Shown here: one piece after another, positions 49,401 to 63,100 of the stretch
Layout: each line of letters starts with the position of its first letter
Numbering within the stretch: position 1 is the stretch's first letter
Notes under the pieces: generated by a model
What the model was told of the DNA's origin: nothing
Seen by the model: the letters and a program-made list of their open reading frames with translations, nothing else
The model's database searches: none
Assembly (NCBI GenBank): GCA_964016885.1
Contig: OZ024742.1
Span: 37,014,001-37,078,000 of the forward strand
Direction of reading: 5' to 3'
Source: Eledone cirrhosa
Lineage: Eukaryota
DNA: 64,000 nt
Translations under genes and position numbers: made by a program

Positions 49401-52061
49401 ATTCTTCAATGCAAAGCATGAAGGCTGCATTGTCAGAGCTAGGGTGCGTGCTCTCAGACACGAGGGGATGAAAGCCGTTCAATGGGCCCGAGTGGCGGAG
49501 GCGCGTCGTGGCAACAAAGCCACGATCCGGTCTTTGGTGGACCACGACGGGCGCATGCTACTCGATCCCGGGCAAATGTGTGAAGCTTTTCAGCGACACT
49601 TTGCACAGCTGTTCGGGGGCAGCGGCGAGCCGGATCGAGGGATGGACTTTAGTGTCTACCTCGACGGACTGCCGCGGCTCTCGGCCACTGAGGCGGAGTG
49701 TTGCGAAAAGCTGATAACAGCCGCTGAAGTACGGGAGACAATGACTGGCAGCACAAGGGGTAAATCGCCTGGTTTGGATGGTCTGCCATATGAACTTTAC
49801 GTACAGATGCCAGACTTGTTCGGAGGCCTCTTGGCGGACGTCTACTGCAACTGGCAACAGAACAGGAGAATTCCCAGCTCTGTGAGCCGAGGAGCTGTGG
49901 CGCTGCTGAGAAAGGATCCGAACAAGGGGGATAACATAGATAATTTCAGGCCCATAACTCTGCTAAACACAGAGTTCAAGATTTTGGCCAAGGTGCTAGC
50001 AAAGAGGTTGGCGCTTGTTGTTGGTGGTCTGGTGGGAGAGGCACAGACATGCGCCATTCCCGACAGATCCATCCACGACAACCTCCACCTCATGCGATAC
50101 ATCGTAGAGAGGGTAGCTAGGGAACCTGGCACGGGTGGGTCCTTGATCAATTTAGATCAGTCGAAAGCTTTCGATAGGGTCGACCATCGTTACCTAGCGG
50201 AGTCCTGAGGGCGGCTGGCTTTAGGCCCGTCTTCAGAGGCTGGATCGCTGCCATGCACAGCGACATTTGCTCTGTGGTGAGACTGAACGGTCACCTTTCA
50301 GAACCCTTCAACATCATGTGCTCGGTCCGCCAAGGATGTCCCCTCTCTTCCTTGTACGTATTGACTCTCGAGCCATTACTGCACAAACTGGAGACGTTGA
50401 GAGGGGTCCCGCGTGAACTAGGATGCAGAAGATCCATGTCAGCATATGCGGAAGATGTCACTGTAGTGGTGTCGAACGCCAAACACATCGAGGCGATCGG
50501 CACTACACTAAGAGAATACGAAGCAGTGACAGGAGCAATGATCAACCAGGAAAAGTCAGTGGGCCTACAGCTCAGCACCTGGAGAGGCAGGTCCATGCCG
50601 TCCAACAGCGTCGTCGGGCGCTGGACGGACGGACCGGTTAAATTGCTAGGGGTCTGGTTCGGTCCGGACCTCCAGACGGACAAAAACTGGGATGAGGTGA
50701 CGAGCAGGGTGGCTTCTCTCACCCAGAAATGGGCAGAGAGGAAACTATCCCTGAAAGGTCAAGCGGAGGTGGCTAACGCGTACATCGCGTCCGTCATCTA
50801 CTACCGCCTGACCGTCGTACCTTGTCCTAAGCCCCACCTGACTGCGCTGGAGCATTTGCGCTTTCGTTTTTTGTGGAAGGGACGCGCTCCGATGGTCAGG
50901 CGGTCCATCTGCTGTCAACACCCGCTACGTGGAGGGCTGGGCATGCCGTGGCTGTTGATGCGCAGACACGCGCTCAGGCTACGACATCTCCACGTCTTCC
51001 TCGACGGTGATCAGGTGTGGTCGCCGTTTGCTAGACACGTCTTTCCCCAGCTCGTCTCCTTGACGGAGCTGCAGTCCTGGGTCAAGCAAAGACCGAGAGG
51101 GAGCGCTTGGAGACTACAATGTCTTCAGGCGCTCACAGCCCTCGACCAATCGGGCAATGTGATCAGTGGAAACCCCACCTTGGCATTCTATAGAGGATTA
51201 GTGGAGGGGAAGAGCGACGACGTACTTGGAGAAACTCTAGGCGTCGACGAAAATCAACTAGCCAATCTCTTCGGAAGGACTTTCGGGCCGGGGCCTATGG
51301 ACAACTTCCAGAAATCCCTGGCCTGGCAGTGCTACCGAGGAGCTTTACCAGTTCGGGATAAACTCTACAGGCATGGAGGTGCCGTCAGCCGGGCATGTCT
51401 GAGATGCGTGCAGGGCGACGAAACCATCCTGCACACACTCGTCCAGTGTCTGAGCATTGCTAACTTGTGGGTTTATGTCGAACACCTGCTGTCACGTGTA
51501 GGACGGATCCAGCTATCAGCTGAGTCCATCGTGAGGATTGCCCCGCCCTCTTCCTTTAGCCGGGAAGGGCAGGCAGTTTTTATCTGTCTGGTGGCCATGG
51601 CAAAAGAGATAGTATGGTGGACATGTTTGAAAGGGCTGAAGACGAGCACTTACCTCTTCGGTGATGCCCTGATTAACTTTTTCAAATTTCATTTGAAAAG
51701 GAAAATCAGGGTAGAGAGGGAAGTGATCTCTTCCCAGCATTTTGTTGAAAGATGGGTGAGAGAAGCAAGTATGGCCCGAGTGAATGGGCCTACTCTGAGT
51801 ATGTGTCTGTAAATTAAAGGTGGAAAACTGGGAGAGGGCACTTGCCTTGGTGGTCAGGGTCATTGTGGCCTTTTACTGGGCTTTCTCCACAAATGTCCCT
51901 CCGAAGTCTCCCCCTATTGGGGAATTTTTCATTGTTATTTTTTGTTACATCCTCTGTTTTTGTTTTTTACACGCAGAAATGCCCATTTGTACCGTCCTGT
52001 ATTGTCCTGCACTGTCCTTAATGTCTACTTTATGTAAACACTTGTGGTTAATAAAGAAATC
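46436..52061 (+). mobile_element. Full-length L1/Tx1-clade LINE (defective) flanked by (ATT)n
   Basis: Broken ORF1 46644-48368 with CVVCGEGTHLKAFC knuckle; ORF2 48403-51812 with APE (SINARGL, ISET, VGDWN, YLDR, YTDH) and RT (KSPGLDG, FRPITLLN, KAFDRV, RQGCP, YAED). Confidence 0.95.
48403..51812 (+). pseudogene. Tx1 ORF2 (endonuclease-RT), frameshifted near 50205, YADD changed to YAED
   Basis: ORFs 48403-50208 and 50253-51812. Confidence 0.9.
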
Positions 52062-52705
52062 ATTATTATTATTATTATTATTATTATTCTGGATTGACAG
52101 GGATTTCGCTACTCAGTTATTAGATGTGTGAAGATCTGCACCTTCCTTTTAAACTAGTTTGGGTTGACATCTGAAAGGCATCTGGCCATACAATTTGGCC
52201 TCAAGGATTTCCATTGTTTTAGTAATATAACTTAAGGTCATTTGTGTTATTTGTATACTTCAGACCTTTTCATATTTTCATATGTAAGATATGGTATCAA
52301 ATACATGTGGAACACTGAGGTGTTGTCTGTGGGCCTCAGTCCTTTTCAAATGTTTATCCATAAAATATGATATAATATACACATGGACCATTGGGGTGTT
52401 TTCTGGGTGCCTCAGACATTTTCATATTTTTATATATAAGAAATGATATCATATATATTTTGGCCATTGAGGAGTTCTCTGTGGACTTCAGACCATTTCA
52501 AATTGTTATATATAAGATATGATATCATAAACGGAGGAGGGAATGTGTGTTGAAACAGTGCTGTAATCATGCATACATATGTACAGTGGCATGTGCTGCA
52601 CAGTTGCAACAGTGATGCAGGTGTTGTATAGTTACAATAGCACAGCAATGATACAGGTATTTGTATAGTGCAGCAATAATGCAGATTTTTGTGTTTATTT
52701 GACAG

Positions 52706-52775
52706 ACCATTGGTGGAAGAGAAGTTAAAGTTGGAGCAAGCTAAGATTGATGAAATTACTGTTGCCTTGGGTGAG
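52706..52775 (+). CDS. CCDC178: CCDC178-like coding exon 6 (IPLVEEKLKLEQAKIDEITVALGE)
   Basis: GACAG|A...GAG|GTGAG; 70 nt; phase 2-0. Confidence 0.82.
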
Positions 52776-53674
52776 GTGAGTCACACCTTCCTCTTTTTAT
52801 ATCTCTCTCAGGTTATCTGTCTCTCTTCCTTATATATATATATGTATACACACACATATATATATATAAGAAAGTAAGGTTTTTTTAAATGTCCCACACG
52901 GACAAAAATATAAGGAAAAGAAATTGAAAATGCAACTGGAGTCTTTTAAGAATATTTACTTTACCAGTTTCACAATTTCATGTGAGACACACCACAACAG
53001 AAACACAAACCCTCCATCTCAATTTTACTATTGAAAATCATAAGAACTGTGAAAAAGTAAATATTCTTAAAAGAATCCAGTTGTATTTTCAATTTTTTTT
53101 CCTTATATCTCTTTCTCTATATATATATTATATACAAATTTAAATGATACATAATTCTCATCTTTGCTTCTCAACTTGATATATGAAAAAGATTTTTGAT
53201 ATATCCTTTAAATTTGTATAAAATATGCTCTGAGTTTAATGTTCATTGCGCTTTCTGTGTTGAGTAAGATAGTCAATATATATATATATATATCATCATT
53301 TTATGTCCGCTTTTCCATGCTTGCAAGGGTAGGATGGGAACTGATTCTGGCTTGATTTCTACAGCTGGATGCCCTTCCTAACACCAACCTCATTTTTACA
53401 GTGAGTGCTGGGTGCTTTTTTGCCGTGGCACTTCCACGACCACTTTGCAGTGGAATGATAGGGACCCCAGTCCTATCATATCATTTCTACAGCTGAGTAA
53501 ACTGGAGCAATGTGAAATAAAGTGTCTTGCTCAAGGAAACAATACAAGGAAACAACACCCAGTCTGAGAATTGAACTCACAACCTTTCAATTGTAAGGCC
53601 AATGCTCTAACCACTAAGCCATATGTCTCCATTATATATTATTAAAATTACATAATAAACAAACACAATATAAT

Positions 53675-53746
53675 TATTCCATTACCAAAGGTTTCAAGAA
53701 ATTAGACGATCCTTACAGAAACGTCCAGACTTCATCAGATGAAATA
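53675..53746 (-). ncRNA. Type I hammerhead ribozyme motif
   Basis: Minus: TATTTCAT-CTGATGA-(long imperfect stem II)-GAAACC-TTT-GGTA-ATGGAATA. Confidence 0.65.
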
Positions 53747-54226
53747 GTTATGTTTTGGATATAAGTTTTGAAATTGATATCTATTAAAAATGAAAGTGAG
53801 GCTGAGTTGAAATGACATCTTATAATGGAAAAAATATATATACGCACATATAAATATACATACATGCACAGGCACATAAAATCAGCTGCGCGTATCTATA
53901 TGTACATCCATATACACTCTTATATAGATATATAAGCACATCAACCACATATATACACTCACACACACATATATATATATATGTTTGTGTGTGTATGTGT
54001 ATGAGTGTATATATGTGGTTGATGTGCTTATATATCTATGTCACATATATATATATACATTATGTATTTCTGTAGAAAAGGTAAAGGAAAGAAGAGTGCT
54101 CTGTGTATTGTACAGAGCTATTTAATTACATAATAAACAACACAGTATAATTATTCCATTACCAAAGGTTTCAGGAAACTAGACGATCCTAACCGAGACG
54201 TCCAGTATATATATATATATATATAC

Positions 54227-54281
<55 letters not shown>

Positions 54282-54361
54282 TTAAACCAAATTTTAGTAT
54301 ATATATATACGCACACACACATTTACATATACATACATACATATATATAAATAAATATATA

Positions 54362-54394
<33 letters not shown>

Positions 54395-54454
54395 CATCAT
54401 CATCATCATCATCATCATTTTACGTCCGCTTTTCCCTGCTTGCAAGGGTGGGAC

Positions 54455-54491
<37 letters not shown>

Positions 54492-54862
54492 ATATATATA
54501 TATGTATATATGAAAAGAGTCAGGACCCTGACGGCTGAGCTCCGGTCATTTCGACAGCTAGATCTGAATGAATCTGAATGAATCTAGCTGTCGAAACAGT
54601 CAGAGCTCAGCCGTCGGGGTCCTGATTCTTTTCATATTACCCACTCTACTACCCTAAGTATTGATTACTCTGGTGCATTATAGTTCACCTGGTATCTTAC
54701 CACTCCCCCTTTTTGTTATATGTGTGTATATATATATATATGTGTGTGTGAAGTTAGGTAAGGTTTTGTTTATGTATATCAGGAATGAATGCTGCATTTC
54801 ATTCTATTTTTATTGTTATTTTAACTGAAGACTACAGAAATGTGGTATTTGGTGTGTTTCAG

Positions 54863-55005
54863 GCATCATCAACACTGGATGATACATACAGACGCCTCGC
54901 ACTGACTAGAAAGAAGCAGAAGGAAGCCAAAATAGTTACAGAGACAGAGAGGAAAAACATTCAGCGTCATATCACTTCAGCTCAGAATGAACTTCTGGGC
55001 TTCCT
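54863..55005 (+). CDS. CCDC178: CCDC178-like coding exon 7 (ASSTLDD...NELLGF)
   Basis: TTTCAG|GCA...CT|GTAAGT; 143 nt; phase 0-2; coiled-coil-like. Confidence 0.85.
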
Positions 55006-55049
55006 GTAAGTGTTGGTTCATTAATATTTTACTAGCCATGACCATCTTG

Positions 55050-55980
55050 TCTCATCATCATCATTTTACGTCCGCCTTTCCCTGCTTGCAAGGGTGGGAT
55101 GAGTCCTATTCAGCACAGCATCTCTCCACTTGTCACGGTCCTTCATCATCTCCACCGTGAGCTTCAGCAATCTGAGGTCTGCTCTCACCACCTCCACCCA
55201 TGTTTTTCTTGGTCTACCTCTACCGCGTCTTCCTTCAACTGGCATTTCCTGGCACTTCTTCACCCATCGGTCATCCTCCATGCGCATCACATGTCCATAC
55301 CATCGCAGTCTCCTCTCCCATACACTACATTCTATCCCTCTCAGACACAGTTTCTCTCTCAACACATCCATGCTTTGTCGTTCACACACATTGACATTGC
55401 ACATCCAACGGAGCATGCTTGCCTCATTTCTCTCCAGTCGTTGCATATCCTCTGCAGTTGCTGCCCATATCTCACTACCATGCAGCATCGAGCTCCTCAC
55501 ACAGGCATCATATAACCGGCCTTTCGTAAACAGGTAGAAACCCTTCTTCGTCAGCAGAGGAAACAGCTCCCTAAACTTCTTCCAATCCGTACTTATTCTA
55601 GATACTATGGTCTCAGAACCCCCCCCCTCCCCATGCTAATCTGATCTCCTAGGTACCAGAAGCTATTAACCACTTCTATAGCACCCACCTGCATTTGAAA
55701 AATGTGTCTATCAATGCGACTTCTACTGTCTAATTTCCCTGTACATCTACTGCATACGTATTTCTCCCTACCTGTTAGTTTGCCTGCTATCCCACTACAT
55801 CTCTTGTGTACTCAAGATCTGCATTGTGTGCATTTTATAGAATTTATGCCAGTTCCTTTTCTGTATATCGAACATGGCCATTTCCCTGACAGAATCAGAG
55901 TTTTGTCCTCTTTTCTACTCAACACTTTTGTCTTAGCTAGGTTCACTCTCATTTTGATTATTTTCTGCTTCAATGTTTTC
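55050..55980 (-). mobile_element. RTE LINE 3' fragment
   Basis: ORFs 55066-55500 and 55812-56003 (KWPCS...). Confidence 0.9.
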
Positions 55981-57234
55981 CACCTATCTTTCCATCCATC
56001 CATCCAGCCAGCCAGCTAGCCATGGGCCTGATACTCCTGGTGGAGTTGTAAGATTGCTGTCATGACATACAGCATGCTTTGTACCTTTAAACCTAGTGGA
56101 GTCCATTCCTTTCAAGGTCTGAGCTGCTGATTTGTTCCAGAGAAAGAAAGAGTGTGTGAGAGGAGGAATGGACCTCAATACTAATGTGGTACTTTATTTG
56201 TAAACCTCAAAATGATGAAAGGCAAATTTGATCTGAACAGGATTTGAACTCAGAGCACAGGGAGATAGAACAATTACTGTAAAACATTCTATCTGATGTT
56301 CTAATGACTTTCCTGATTTACCACCTTCAGCGTATCTATGATTACATTGTCCTGCTAAGGTCCATAAGATGTAAGCCATTGCAATAAAGGAAGAAGAAGA
56401 GAAAATACGCATGTCACATTAGTAAATAAACTTAAGAAAATTAACAAAAAAAGGACAAAACAACAAACGTCACACAAAATTGTATGATTTTTTGTAGCTT
56501 AACGGCTATAAATTAGTGTCTTGTCTTTTATCACTGTCTGTTATCACTTACTTGGACAGCGTTTGGCTTATGTCAGACACTGTGAGCCCCTGATGGACCA
56601 GCAGTACCACTGGTAGGGGTCGAAACTGCCTAAATCCATCTCAATGGTCGATGACCATGGAATTCTGTGTCCTTCATTTGTATATATATTTTTTTAAAAT
56701 AATTTATTAAGGTTTCCCCTTAAAAAATTGTTTTTTGTTTCTGTTCATTGTCTTGTCCTTCCTTGTCAATTTCCATAAAATAAAGTTGCTGTTGGGTTTC
56801 CACCCCTTCTCGTGAGTGTTCCAGTTGTTCCAACATGAAATTAATGTGAAATTAAGAGGCTGAGCATTCTACACATCTACACATACCCTTAGCATAGTTA
56901 TCAGGAAGATTCAGCATAAAATCCTGTGTGACAAGGCTGCTTTTTGAATTACAGGTTCAACTAATTTTTGCCAGTCAAGTAGACTGGAGCAATGTGGAAA
57001 AAAGTGTCTTGTTCAAGGACACAACACACCACTAGGAATCAAATTCATGACCTTACAATTATAAGCTGAACACCCTAACCACTAAACCATGCACCTTTGC
57101 AAAATACAGTACTAGTCAAGGGTGGTGGATTGGCAGAATTGTTTGAGTGTAAGACATTAAATATTGTGATTTTAGTTTGAGTTCTAATGTTCAAATACTG
57201 TTGGGTGATAGACTTAATTTGTCATCCGGTTTAA

Positions 57235-57442
57235 CCCTTTTGCATTTAAACTAGTCATATCCAACCAGAATTCTCTCACTTCTTTCTTTTCAAACCGGCC
57301 ATAACCAACCACTCATACTGATGTTAAGGTATTGTTCTTGAAATAAATAATAACACCATCAAAATCTCGTAGATTCCATATTATGTGAGATAAAGCTCTT
57401 ACCATGAAAATATATTAGTAGAGTAATGTAAATGCTAAAGGG
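57235..57442. mobile_element. piggyBac-like MITE
   Basis: TTAA|CCCTTTTGCATTTA...TAAATGCTAAAGGG|TTAA. Confidence 0.7.
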
Positions 57443-57642
57443 TTAACACTCCTACACTGATACATCTTGGGAATTATGTTAAGTGTACATGTGACTATGG
57501 AATGCTCAACCACTTACATATTAATACAAGAACGACTTTACCTGAAATTCAAAAGTCCAACCTTGTCACATGGTTTTCCATGCTGATTCTGCTTGAGAAT
57601 TATGTTACTTGTCTGTAGAATACTCATCTATTTACATTATAA

Positions 57643-58042
57643 GTGGATTGGCAGTATCGGTAGAGGGTCAGACGCCATGCTTTGCAGCATAGAGTTACAG
57701 CCCTTTATGATCTGAGTTCAAATCCCGCCAAGGTTACCTTTGCCTTTCATCCTTACGGGGTTGATAAAATAAAGTACCAGTAATGCACGGGTAATTGCTG
57801 GCCTTGTGCCAAAAGTAGAAACAATTATAATTGTTTCTACTTTTGGCACAAGGCCAGCAATATTTGGGGAAGGGAAAGTCTATTAAATCAACCCCAGTGC
57901 ATGACTGATACTTTATTTTATCGACCCTATAAGGATGAAAGGCAAAGCTAACCTCAGCGGTATTTGAAATCAGAACTTCAAATGCTGTAACTCTATACCA
58001 CGAAGCATGATGTCTGACACTCTACCGATAGTACATATCCAC
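57643..58042. mobile_element. Tail-to-tail inverted SINE pair
   Basis: + copy 57643-57826 and - copy 57827-58042 with a perfectly palindromic junction. Confidence 0.85.
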
Positions 58043-58303
58043 TGCCCCCATCCACTTACATTATAATATAAGATAGACTTTACCTCTAATTCAAAGGTTC
58101 AGTCTTGTCATACAGTGTCACACTAATTTTACTTGAGAATTATGTCAAGGGTACATGTCTCTGTGGAATGCTCAGCCACTTACACATGAGTTCTGAAACA
58201 GAACACATGGTTGATCAAACAAGTGAATGCCAATCGTTGAAAGTGACCAAGGATTCATCATCATCATCATTATGCTACATATCTAAGCTATTTTTACTTG
58301 CAG

Positions 58304-58457
58304 TGAGTCTGCAAAGATGGCTGAAACAAACTCCTTCAAGATGAAGGAGGATATTGTGTCAGCAAAACAACAGATCAAGGGAAATGAGGAGATGAAAGGT
58401 GTGTTGGCAGTGAAGTTGGACAACTATAAGTCTACTTTGCAGATGCTTAACATGGAG
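58304..58457 (+). CDS. CCDC178: CCDC178-like coding exon 8 (LESAKMAET...LQMLNME)
   Basis: TTGCAG|T...GAG|GTGAG; 154 nt; phase 2-0. Confidence 0.85.
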
Positions 58458-58704
58458 GTGAGATAACCATTTTCATCATCATCATCATTCATCATTGACA
58501 TCCTCACCTTCAACTTTAGCATTATCATTAGCATTGTCATCATCATCATCACCACCGTTTTAGGTTTTCTTTCCACACTAGCATGGGTTAGACGAGTTGT
58601 CCTGTTGTGGACAATGCTAGGTCAGGTGACCATGTCTTGCTCATACAGGACCGATTTTGGTTCGGTTTCTACAGCTGGATGCCCTTCCTAACGCCAACCT
58701 CAGT

Positions 58705-59648
58705 GAGTACTGGGTGCTTTTTGTCATGACACCTACGCAACCACTTTATAGTGTGGACTGGATACTTTTTGTCGTGACACCTACACAACCACTTTACAGT
58801 GTGGACTGGGTACTTTTTGTTGTGACACCTACACAACCACTTTACAGTGTGGACTGGGTACTTTTTGTTGTGACACCTACACAACCACTTTACAGTGTGG
58901 ACTGGGTACTTTTTGTCGTGACACCTACACAACCACTTTACAGTGTGGACTGGATACTTTTTGTCGTGACACCTACACAACCACTTTACAGTGTGGACTG
59001 GGTACTTTTTGTCATGACACCTACACAACCACTTTACAGTGTGGACTGGGTACTTTTTTGTTGTGACACCTACACAACCACTTTACAGTGTGGACTGGGT
59101 ACTTTTTTGTTGTGACACCTACACAACCACTTTACAGTGTGGACTGGGTACTTTTTGTCATGACACCTACACAACGACTTTACAGTGTGGACTGGGTACT
59201 TTTTGTCATGACACCTACACCACTTTACAGTGTGGGCTGGATACTTTTTTGTCGTGACACCTACACAACCACTTTATAGTGTGGACTGGGTACTTTTTGT
59301 CATGACACCTACACAACCACTTTACAGTGTGGACTGGGTACTTCTTTGTTGTGACACCTACACAACCACTTTACAGTGTGGACTGGGTACTTTTTTGTTG
59401 TGACACCTACACAACCACTTTACAGTATGGACTGAGTACTTTTTTGTTGTGACACCTACACAACCACTTTACAGTGTGAACTGGGTACTTTTTTGTCATG
59501 ACACCTACACAACCACTTTACAGTGTGGACTGAGTACTTTTTTGTTGTGACACCTACACAACCACCTTACAGTGTGGACTGGGTACTTTTTGTCGTGACA
59601 CCTAGACAACCACCTTACAGTGTGGACTGGGTGCTTTTTGTCGTGACA
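58705..59648 (-). repeat. 42/43-bp minisatellite expanded inside an RTE 3'UTR
   Basis: About 22 units of (TTACAGTGTGGACTGGGTACTTTTTGTCGTGACACCTACACAACCACT)-like sequence, contiguous with the RTE 3' end at ~58550-58705. Confidence 0.9.
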
Positions 59649-59986
59649 TCATCATTATCATTATTGTTATCATCATTATCTTGATCAGTGTCATCATCAT
59701 CACCATTATCATTATTGTCATCATTATCATCATCATCATTTTTGTCATTATCATCATTTTGATAATTGTTGTCATCAGCATTATCATTGTCGCAATCATC
59801 ATTATCATTATTGTCATCATCATCATCTTGATCATTGTTGTCATCATTATCATCATCATCATATCACCACCAACAATTACCATCATCACCACCACTACCA
59901 GCACTACTACGACCACCTCCACCACTATTACGATGACCACCACTACCACCACCTCTACTACTATTACCACTCTTTCTAATCAACAG

Positions 59987-60082
59987 TTCAAAGATCTATC
60001 AGAGAACCTACATACACTGCTGACTGACGTCAACAGAGCCAGGCAAGAAAACAATAATTTAAGACGATCTATGGAGACCAAG
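59987..60082 (+). CDS. CCDC178: CCDC178-like coding exon 9 (FKDLSENL...SMETK); gene continues beyond the window
   Basis: CAACAG|TTC...AAG|GTTGGT; 96 nt; phase 0-0. Confidence 0.8.
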
Positions 60083-60111
60083 GTTGGTATTGAGCAATGT
60101 TTAACTAATTA

Positions 60112-63100
60112 TGGGTTAACATTGCAATACTGAGGCACTATAGTGGGTTAATATTGCAGTACTGAGGCACTGTAGTTGGTTAACATTGCAATACTGAGGC
60201 ACTGTAGTTGGTTAACATTGCAGTACTGAGGCAGTGTAGTAGGTTAATATTGCAGTACTGAGGCACTGTAGTTGGTTAACATTGCAATACTGAGGCACTG
60301 TAATGGGATAATATTGCAGTACTGAGGCACTGTAGTTGGTTAACATTGCAATACTGAGGCACTGTAGTGGGTTAACATTGCAATACTGAGGCACTGTAGT
60401 GGGTTAATATTGCAATACTGAGGCACTGTAGTTGGTTAACATTGCAATACTGAGGCACTGTAATGGGATAATATTGCAGTACTGAGGCACTGTAGTGGGT
60501 TAATATTGCAGTACTGAGGCACTGTAGTTGGTTAACATTGCAATACTGAGGCACTGTAGTTGGTTAACATTGCAATACTGAGGCACTGTAATGGGTTAAT
60601 ATTGCATTACTGAGGCACAGTAGTTGGTTAACATTGCAATACTGAGGCACTGTAGTTGGTTAACATTGCAATACTGAGGCACTGTAGTGGGTTAATATTG
60701 CAGTACTGAGGCACTGTAGTTGGTTAACATTGCAATACTGAGGCACTGTAATGGGTTAACATTGCAATACTGAGGCACTATAGTGGGTTAATATTGCAGT
60801 ACTGAGGCACTGTAGTGGGTTAACATTGCAATACTGAGGCACTGTAGTGGGTTAATATTGCAGTACTGAGGCACTGTAGTGGATTAACATTGCAATACTG
60901 AGGCACTGTAGTGGGTTAATGTTGCAGTACTGAGGCACTGTAGTTGGTTAACATTGCAATACTGAGGCACTGTAGTGGGTTAATATTGCAGTACTGAGGC
61001 ACTGTAGTGGGTTAACATTGCAATACTGAGGCACTGTAGTGGGTCAATATTGTAATACTGAGGCACTGTAGTGGGATAATATTGCAGTACTGAGGCACTG
61101 TAGTGGGTTAACATTGCAGTAGTGAGGCACTGTAGTGGGTCAATATTGTAATACTGAGGCACTGTAGTCGGATAATATTGCAGTACTGAGGCACTGTAGT
61201 GGGTTAACATTGCAATACTGAGGCACTATAGTGGGTTAATATTGCAATACTGAGGCACTGTAGTGGGTTAATATTGCAATACTGAGGCACTGTAGTGGGT
61301 TAACATTGCAATACTGAGGCACTGTAGTGGGTTAATATTGCAGTACTGAGGCACTGTAGTTGGTTAACATTGCAATAATGAGGCACTGTAGTGGGTTAAT
61401 ATTGTAATACTGAGGCACTGTAGTGGGATAATATTGCAGTACTGAGACACTGTACTGGGTTAATGTTGCAGTACTGAGGCACTGTAGTGGGTTAATATTG
61501 CAATACTGAGGCACTATAGTGGGTTAACATTGCAATACTGAGGCACTGTAGTGGGTTAACATTGCAATACTGAGGCACTGTAGTGGGTTAATATTGCAGT
61601 ACTGAGGAACTGTAGTTGGTAAACATTGCAATAATGAGGCACTGTAGTGGGTTAATGTTGCAGTACTGAGGCATTGTAGTGTGTTAACATTGTAGTACTG
61701 AGACATTGTAGTGTGTTAACATTGTAGTACTGAGACATTGTAGTGTGTTAACATTGTAGTACTGAGACATTGTAGTGTGTTAACATTGTAGTACTGAGGC
61801 ATTGTAGTGTGTTAACATTGTAGTACTGAGGCATTGTAGTGGGCTAACATTGCAGTACTGAGGCATTGTAGTGTGTTAACTTTGTAGTACTGAAGTATTG
61901 TAGGGGGTTAACATTGCAGTATTGAAGCATTGTAGTGGGTTAACATTGCAGTACTGAGACATTGTAGTGTGTTAAAATTGCAGTACTGGGGCATTGTAGT
62001 GGTCTAACATTGCAGTATTGAGGCATTGTAGTGGTTTAACATTGTAGTACTGAGGCATTGTAGTGGGTTAACATTGCAGTACTGAGGCATTGTAGTGGGC
62101 TAACATTTCAGTACTGAGGCATTGAAATGGGATAACATTGCAGTACTGAGGCATTGTAGTGGGTTAACATTGCAGTATTGAAGCATTGTAGTGGGTTAAC
62201 ATTGCAATAATGAGGCATTGCAGTGAGTTAACATTGCAGTACTGAGACATTGTAGTGTGTTAACATTGTAGTACTGAGGCATTGGAGTGGGCTAACATTG
62301 CAGTACTGAGGCATTGTAGTGGGTAACATTGTAGTACTGAGGCATTGTAGGGGGTTAACATTGCAGTACTGAGGCATTGTAGTGTGTTAACATTGCAGTA
62401 CTAAGGCATTGTAGTGGGTTAACATTGCAGTATTGAGGCATTGCAGTGAGTTAACATTGCAGTACTGAGACATTGTAGTGTGTTAACATTGTAGTACTGA
62501 GGCATTGTAGTGGGCTAACATTGCAGTACTGAGGCATTGTAGTGTGTTAACTTTGTAGTACTGAAGTATTGTAGGAGGTTAACATTGCAGTACTAAGGCA
62601 TTGTAGTGTGTTAAAATTGCAGTACTGAGGCATTGTAGTGGGCTAACATTGTAGTACTGGGGCATTGTAGTGGTCTAACATTGCAGTATTGAGGCATTGT
62701 AGTGGTTTAACATTGTAGTACTGAGGCATTGTAGTGGGTTAACATTGCAGTACTGAGGCATTGTAGTGGGCTAACATTTCAGTACTGAGGCATTGAAATG
62801 GGATAACATTGCAGTACTGAGGCATTGTAGTGGGTTAACATTGTAGTGCTGAGACATTGTAGTGCGTTAACATTGCAGTACTGAGGCATTGTAGTGGGTT
62901 AACATTGCAGTACTGAGGCATTGTAGTGGGTTAACATTGCAGTATTGAGGCATTGCAGTGAGTTAACATTGCAGTACTGAGACATTGTAGTGTGTTAACA
63001 TTGCAGTACTGAGGCATTGTAGTGGGCTAACATTGCAGTACTGAGACATTATAGTGCATTAACATTGCAGTACTGAGGCATTGTAGTGGGTTAACATTGT

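Noticed and set aside
56587-56630. Hammerhead-like CTGATG-GACC...GGTC-GAAAC
   Set aside because: Core incomplete and no convincing stem I, stem III or cleavage triplet
58657-59279. Repetitive ORFs (VVTPTQPLYSVDW...)
   Set aside because: Translation of an RTE-derived minisatellite; frame broken by 43-bp units
59602-59980. Ile/Thr or Met-rich ORFs
   Set aside because: (CAT)n/(CAC)n low-complexity intron sequence; only 59987-60082 is exonic
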